NCBI GenBank assembly: GCA_951406725.2
Contig: OX597815.1
Span: forward strand, 165,664,001-165,728,000
Length of the DNA stretch: 64,000 bases
Origin: Octopus vulgaris
Taxonomy: Eukaryota
Reading direction: 5' to 3'
Part shown: positions 58,325 through 64,000 of the stretch, one piece after another
How the letters are laid out: each line of letters begins with the position of its first letter
Position numbering within the stretch: the first letter of the stretch is position 1
Program-made: the position numbers and the translations under genes
The notes under the pieces: generated by a model
Databases searched by the model: none
Told to the model about the DNA's origin: nothing
Seen by the model: only the letters and a program-made list of their open reading frames with translations

Positions 58325-58587
58325 CTTTATATACATCGCGTAAGTGCGCCTAAATTTTCATTATATATGCTAATTTACACAGACAGGAGCGATATTGAGT
58401 TTAAGAATGAAAATCAGTTCTGAATCCATGAACCCTTTGCTTATTTCATCGATATCAAATGAATAAAAGGGAAGTTTGCTTCAGTAGAAGTTGAACTCCA
58501 AACCCACAGAGGGGAGGTGCAAGGTGTTTCGTTCAGTGTTCTGACTTTCCGCCTCTTAATGTCATTTTTGTAGATAAAGTATCCTTA

Positions 58588-59180
58588 TGTAGGGTGACTC
58601 AAAATTCACTCGTGGTTAAAAATGATAGTGACTAGGTTATTTCTCTGCTAAGATAGACCTAACAGATGTTTTTTTCAATGCATCATCAGTGATGTTTTTG
58701 GAGTCTTCGGGGATTTTGTCTCTTTTAACATCAGATCTTTTCGCCCAGTTGACTAAGCCAGGTTAGGTCAATTGCATCACATCTTGCGCTCCTGTAGCTG
58801 CAAACTATAGCTCTGTTCTCTTTAGCCAAAGCCATCTCGTGGCCTTCTCAGTTGACTCGGTGATTAAATGTATGCCCCCACCACCACTTATTTTTCCTGC
58901 ACCTGTAACTGTGTCTAGTCATAGTTTTGCAGAGTGAGCGTCCCACGAGGCACAGATAGCTACTGTTTTATTTTAAAAAAATTTTTCACATTTTTCTCCG
59001 GTGCAGAAAATCTATCACCTTCTCAAATATGTTCTATGATGGTGCAAGCCCTCAAATTTCTATTCTGTCGTTTTCTTTGAAATGCTGTATGGTTCCGTTG
59101 TTTATTGACAAACAACCAATAATAAAAAAGCAGAGACAGTTAAACCTTTAAACAAAAAAGAAATTTTGGGCCACCCTGTA
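58588..59180. mobile_element. Tc1/mariner-like deletion derivative
   Basis: tagggtgactcaaaatt versus the reverse complement tacagggtggcccaaaatt. Confidence 0.5.
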
Positions 59181-59191
59181 TAACTGCTGTA

Positions 59192-59612
59192 AACAGGAGT
59201 GGCTGTGTGGTAAGTAGCTTGCTAACCAACCACATGGTTCCGGGTTCAGTCCCACTGCGTGGCATCTTGGGCAAGTGTCTTCTGCTATAGCCCCGGGCCG
59301 ACCAATGCCTTGTGAGTGGATTTGGTAGACGGAAACTGAAAGAAGCCTGTCGTATATATGTATATATATATATGTATATGTGTGTGTGTGTGTTTGTGTG
59401 TCTGTGTTTGTCCCCCTAGCATTGCTTGACAACTGATGCTGGTGTGCTTATGTCCCCGTTACTTAGCGATTCGGCAAAAAGAGACCGATAGAATAAGTAC
59501 TGGGCTTACAAAAGAATAAGTCCCAGGGTCGATTTGCTCGACTAAAGGCGGTGCTCCAGCATGGCCGCAGTCAAAATGACTGAAACAAGTAAAAGAGTAA
59601 AAAGAGAGAGTA
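59192..59612 (+). mobile_element. SINE family B
   Basis: Matches 7906-8310. Confidence 0.85.
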
Positions 59613-59716
59613 AATTCACAAACGCTTTAAAAATATGAAAGAAAAATAATACAGACACCATATTTGCACAAACCTAACAGTATACATATCATTAATTTGT
59701 TTTCTTTTTAATCTAG

Positions 59717-60049
59717 GTCTCTTCACGTCGTCCATCACTCTCAGTTCCGATCATGTAGCACCAGCAACAAAATACAGAATTGCGATTAGAGTTGTTTGGT
59801 TGGACAAAGTAGCATACGCAACTTACGATGCTATAACTGGAATTCCACCAAAAGGCGGAGACTGTGAATTGACACCATTACAAGGACAAGCTTTAGATAC
59901 TTTGTTCCAAGTGAAATGCAGCCGCTGGTTTGACGATGGCTCTAGTCTTTTCCGACAATCTACGTCAAATGCAACTGTTAAGAATGCCGAGTTGAAATAC
60001 ATGATTCTCTTCTCAAGTGGGTCTCATGAATGGGTCTTGTCATACAAAA
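59717..60049 (+). CDS. REJ-domain exon (GIPPKGGDCELTPLQGQALDTLFQVKCSRWFDD)
   Basis: Acceptor atctag 59711-59716, donor gtaagc 60050; PPxGGxCxxxPxxGxALxTxFxxxCxxWxD motif characteristic of the REJ domain. Confidence 0.88.
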
Positions 60050-60102
60050 GTAAGCTACTCTTGTGTTTATCTTCCTCTTACCACACCTCTCTCTCTCTCT
60101 CT

Positions 60103-60137
<35 letters not shown>

Positions 60138-60942
60138 CACGCGTGCGCGCGCGCATTTATTCGCCGTTTTTACAGACTTCATTGACGTATTTTCTTTGAT
60201 TTTTTTTTTTACTTACTCCAGTCATTATATTGCAGCCATACTAGTGCACCGCCTTGAAGAATTTTAGCCGAACGAATCGACTCCAATACTTCCTTTCTTG
60301 CATCGCGACACACGCAGGCACAAAGACGCGCGCGCGCGCACACACACACACAAAAAAAACACCGCCGATAGTTGTTGTTGACAAACAACGGCAGTAATTT
60401 TATTCAGCTGAATACACGTCGTTGATTGGTTGAAATTACCGAAATATGAGATCTTTAAGGTGAAATTACTTCATAAATATAAGTTTTTCTAAAAAATGCT
60501 AACAGTAAAAGATGTTTTACATGAAACATTCTACCAGTGTCCAAAGTTTGAAAGTGTTTAGTTACAAAAAATTATTTTTTTAATCTGTAGGTCAAAAGGT
60601 AAAGATCCCTAATTTGTCCTACTCAAGGCGGTCAGATAAGATTTCAAGGAAATTTGGTTGCAATGTATTACATGTTGAATGACCACTAAGTGGATCCTTA
60701 GTTAGATAAAACAGATGTTTGAAAAATATAAATTGGAAATATAATTAAGATGAAAATTCTCCGTTCTGAAATTTCATAAAACTTTTCAACATTTTTTCCT
60801 ACTTTTTTATTTTAATATTATAATATCTGAATCATGAAATTAAGAATTTTATTCATTTGTTATTTATTTATTTAGTTGTTGCTGATATTATCATTTAGTT
60901 ATTGTTGTTATTATTATTTTTATCATTATTATAATTATTAGG

Positions 60943-61525
60943 AGGCGAGCTGGCAGAAACGTTAGCACGCCGGGCGAAATGCTTAGCCGTATTTCGTCTG
61001 CTGTTACGTTCTGAGTTCAAATTCTGCCGAGGTCGACTTTGCCCTTCATCCTTTCGGGGTCGATTAAATAAGTACCAGTTACGCACTGGGGTCGATATAA
61101 TCGACTTAATCCGTTTGTCTGTCCTTGTTTGTCCTCTCTGTGTTTAGCCCCTTGTGGGTAGTAAAGAAATAGGTATTTCGTCTGTCTTTACGTTCTGAGT
61201 TCAAATTCCACCGAGGTCAACTTTGCCTTTCATCCTTTCGGGGTCGATTAAATAAGTACCAGTTACACACTGGGGTCGATATAATGGACTTAATCCGTTT
61301 GTCTGTCCTTGTTTGTCCTCTCTGTGTTTAGCCCCTTGTGGGTAGTAGAAAAATTGGTATTTAATCTTCCATTAGGTTCTGAGTTCAAATTCCGCCGAGG
61401 TTGACTTTGCCTTTCATCCTCTCGGGGCCGATAATATAAGTACCCCAGTTGAACACTGGGATCGATGCAATCGACTTATCCCCTCCCCCAAAATTGCTGC
61501 CCTTGCGGCAAAATTTGAAACCATT
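60943..61525 (+). repeat. Tandem array of three family A SINE units
   Basis: Junctions aagaaatag|gtatttcgtc. Confidence 0.85.
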
Positions 61526-61564
61526 ATTATTGTTGTTGTTATTATTATTTTACTCTTTTTACAG

Positions 61565-61689
61565 GTGATGAAGAATCCGACCTCTTGTACTTCGGGATGG
61601 GAGATGAAGAAAATGACTACAAAGCAAAAATTACCGTTAGAATATATGATGTGTATTTTTCGTTCGCATCTAAGGTTTTTGAAATCGCT
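61565..61689 (+). CDS. REJ-domain exon, (S)DEESDLLYFGMGDEENDYKAKITVRIYDVYFSFASKVFEIA
   Basis: Acceptor ttttacag ending 61564, donor gtaagt 61690; phase 1 entry matches the previous exon; resembles the REJ C-terminal LPxG..NY...V.V.D motif. Confidence 0.8.
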
Positions 61690-62061
61690 GTAAGTTGCAT
61701 TCTTTTTATGAGATTCTCACACGTTTCCCATATAATAATGCTTAATTGTTTCTATGCATAATAATGGAAGAAAGATAAGGGAGAAATATTGGAAATTAAT
61801 GCTAATGTTACTACGATAATGTTATTGCGGTGAGAAGGTAACTATGGAAGTACCTTCTTTCATTTTGGCCGAATAATTCTTATATGGCTTTCCTTTGCCT
61901 GTATATATATTAAAGGCACAGGTTGTGATATATAGGCAACCTGTGCCCCTAACAACGCTATACTATCAGCACATTGTAATTAAAAAGACTGACTGACTTA
62001 AATAACAACAACAGCAATAATAATGATGATAATAATAATAATAATATCATTATTATTATTG

Positions 62062-62128
<67 letters not shown>

Positions 62129-62168
62129 CATCATCATCATCATCATCATCATCCTCACCATCATCATT

Positions 62169-62849
<681 letters not shown>

Positions 62850-64000
62850 CGTTGTTGCTTTTGTTGTTGTTATTAATTTGATCATTTGGTGTTTCTTTAT
62901 GAGTTCAATGACTGCTTTCGTAAGCTTTGTTCTTAAAATTACCTCGAAAATGTTTTCCCTCCTGAAAACTTTATCCTCTAGAGTTCTTTTTCTATTTCCA
63001 CCAAGCAGTAAACTTATACGAAATGAAAGACATTATTTTAATAAAACAAACATGCTTCGGAAACATGCCAGACGATATGAAAAAATAATACAACAGTAGA
63101 AATTAAGGAGCCACAAGAGCTAATATCATACAACTTAAAAACCCTCTAATTTTGGATAGGAAAATTGAATGACATGAAACGATACGTTGATAAATTTGAA
63201 GACTTCTGATATCTGTATACTTATTACTCTACTAATAATATAATATATATTGATTTATATTATCTTAGAAATTATCAGTAAGATAATTTTCACATGATCA
63301 AATATATACTTAATCGAATCGAATCAATATATTACTGGTAGTTATTTTATTGTCTCCGCCAGAAGATAGAAACGTAAAGTTAATATGGACGTGGTAATTA
63401 TCGAGAACAAAGAGTGACAAAATTATATATTGTAAGACACTGCACTGTTTCGGAAACTAATCTTCCCTTATTTTAATATATATTTGAGAAAGTAAACCAA
63501 GATAAATACAGTTCACTGACAGTCAAACAAGTTAAACATCTCTGTGGCCTTACATAGATGTTCTGATAAGACTTCGGTCTTCATTTTCAAGATCATAAAC
63601 TATTTAAGTGCTGCTATCCTTGTTACATGTAATGATTTATTTGTGTAAAACTCTGTATTTCAGAACCTTCGTACTATATTTATGACACATACATTACTTT
63701 CTCAAGTTGCATGAATATGCTAATATAGGAAATTTACGACTGCTATAAGATATACAAAATCATGCTTATACTACAGTGTTTGTATTGTGTAGCTAAATCT
63801 TATTTTCTTGTGCAAACATCATAATTGGATGCAACTATAAAATCCTGAATTTCTTTCACAGAGTTGAGTACCTTAGTCATTCAACTGAGTCAATCATTCG
63901 GCTGGCGGATTATTGAGGTTGTGATTTAGTTTTGATTCATGAGTAGAAGCATTTTCTTTCTCTGCGTGTGTCAATTCTAAAGAGTCGAACTGGCCATAAC

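Noticed and set aside
63664-63930. Next REJ exon after acceptors at 63663 or 63861
   Set aside because: Phase-0 readings reach stop codons without a good donor

Overview
Eukaryotic, AT-rich, microsatellite-saturated animal DNA. The tRNA-derived SINE families and repeat landscape resemble an octopus/cephalopod genome (inference). One host gene is supportable: a + strand PKD1/REJ-domain (polycystin-like) gene with four phase-compatible exons (28190-29543, 43704-43876, 59717-60049, 61565-61689); its start and remainder were not found in the window. Most other ORFs in the track are translated microsatellites or SINE sequence. Mobile DNA dominates: a near-complete Penelope-like element (PLE; - strand, 49341-54017; RT, Cys linker, GIY-YIG, 137-bp terminal direct repeats), a 5'-truncated Dong/R4-type RLE LINE in (AAT)n, RTE remnants, several SINE families (nested, with TSDs, and in tandem arrays), and hAT, mariner and Chapaev-like remnants. 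The most unusual signals are three. (i) About 10 minimal type-I hammerhead ribozyme motifs with palindromic stem III lie on both strands, in three core variants: canonical CUGANGA, compensatory U3-A8 UUGANAA, and U4C CCGACGA. (ii) The PLE may have a two-ORF layout joined by a T TTT TTA -1 slippery site. (iii) One SINE appears to insert into its own head through tail microhomology. All folds and alignments were done by eye.
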